Origin: Ignicoccus islandicus DSM 13165
GTDB taxonomy: Archaea > Thermoproteota > Thermoprotei_A > Sulfolobales > Ignicoccaceae
Assembly (NCBI RefSeq): GCF_001481685.1
Contig: NZ_CP006867.1
Coordinates: forward strand, 360,001-392,000
DNA length: 32,000 nucleotides
Direction of reading: 5' to 3'
Position numbers and translations under genes: made by a program. Of this stretch, positions 31,441 to 32,000 are shown piece by piece; position 1 is the stretch's first letter; every line of letters begins with the position of its first letter. Under the pieces are notes generated by a model. The model had not been told where the DNA came from and searched no databases. It was given only the letters and a program-made list of their open reading frames with translations.

Positions 31441-31615
31441 CCCGGTGGGGAGCTTCCGGCCCTAAGGCCGCATTGCTGCCCCCACCGGGGCGTCGCGCCC
31501 TTAAGCCGGGAGCTACCGCTCCCGGCCCGCATCTTTGAGCGCTCGCCTGTGAGCGTGCTTCTTCGCCGCGTGCCGGGTTTCTCCCCGGCGCCCCGCGGCG
31601 CTCTCCGTGTTTTCC
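31441..31615 (-). other. Structured 5' leader (external transcribed spacer) of 23S precursor
   Basis: Several strong hairpins: cccggtgggg(31441-31450)/ccccaccggg(31480-31489); ccgggag...ctcccgg near 31506-31525; cgccgcg...cgcggcg enclosing gccggg...cccggc near 31564-31600. Confidence 0.6.
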
Positions 31616-31630
31616 AGTAGGGGCGTGGGG

Positions 31631-31640
31631 GTTATAAAAT
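31631..31640. promoter_or_regulatory. Shared A/T-rich TATA-like element between divergent 23S rRNA and btpA-like gene
   Basis: gTTATAAAATt on the plus strand reads ATTTTATAAc on the minus strand. It lies about 20-25 nt from the btpA-like ATG (31658) and about 25 nt from the start of the structured leader. Confidence 0.5.
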
Positions 31641-31657
31641 TAACTGATAAGTAGTTT

Positions 31658-32000
31658 ATGAACTATCTCTTTTATTTCCTTTCCAGTAAGTATAGTGTGG
31701 GCGCTTCCTTGGAAGTCATAGGCGTAGTCCACCTACCTCCCTTACCTTCTTCCCCCCAATGGAATGGAGACTTAGAGGAGGTGATTCGAAGGGCAGTTAG
31801 AGACGCAAAGGCGCTAGAGATAGGGGGCGTCGATAGTATCTTAGTAGAGAATTATGGTGACTATCCGTATAGAATAAGGGTTGACCCGTTAACAGTTGCT
31901 GCCGTTACGCGAGTTACAACGGAGGTACTCTATTCAGTCAACGTAAACGTTGGCGTGAGCTTGTTACGCAATTCCGCACCAGAAGCTATAGCTATAGCCT
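31658..32000 (+). CDS. BtpA family TIM-barrel protein, N-terminal part (runs off the window)
   Basis: Read by eye: MNYLFYFLSSKYSVGASLEVIGVVHLPPLPSSPQWNGDLEEVIRRAVRDAKALEIGGVDSILVENYGDYPYRIRVDPLTVAAVTRVTTEVLYSVNVNVGVSLLRNSAPEAIAIA. GVVHLPPLP, GGVDSILVENYGD and GVSLLRN are BtpA landmarks. Not in the supplied ORF list because it has no stop in the window. Confidence 0.88.
   Translation, partial: MNYLFYFLSSKYSVGASLEVIGVVHLPPLPSSPQWNGDLEEVIRRAVRDAKALEIGGVDSILVENYGDYPYRIRVDPLTVAAVTRVTTEVLYSVNVNVGVSLLRNSAPEAIAIA

Overview
This 32 kb window looks like a hyperthermophilic crenarchaeon, probably Desulfurococcales/Ignicoccus-like (inference from protein and rRNA character; no database search was run). 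Left to right it holds: (1) a slipin/stomatin (SPFH) gene with a small NfeD-like partner; (2) a secreted beta-propeller protein; (3) a minus-strand complex-I-like cluster in transcription order nuoL-nuoM-nuoA-nuoB-nuoCD (C and D fused), with no H/I/J/K/N; (4) a PmbA/TldE-type gene; (5) uncharacterised genes including two more beta-propeller proteins with a shared C-terminal anchor-like tail; (6) valS; (7) a putative signalling block with a hendecad/heptad coiled-coil protein, an 830-aa membrane protein, a PP2C-like phosphatase overlapping it, and a PPP-family phosphatase; (8) a radical SAM/SPASM gene, a LysX/RimK-family ATP-grasp gene overlapping a MoaD/ThiS-like gene ending in Gly-Gly, and a phosphopantoate-beta-alanine ligase gene; (9) a PIN-domain gene broken by an in-frame TGA; (10) a complete 23S rRNA gene on the minus strand; (11) the start of a BtpA-family gene missed by the ORF track. 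The strongest non-ORF signal is a 72-bp imperfect inverted repeat flanking the 23S gene. It folds into the archaeal processing stem with an exact 3-nt/4-bp/3-nt bulge-helix-bulge. The 23S gene appears to have its own short leader and promoter, divergent from btpA, and no adjacent 16S. The most plausible undescribed systems are the membrane protein + PP2C + PPP cluster, the ATP-grasp + beta-grasp (GG) pair, and the propeller proteins with a tripartite C-terminus.
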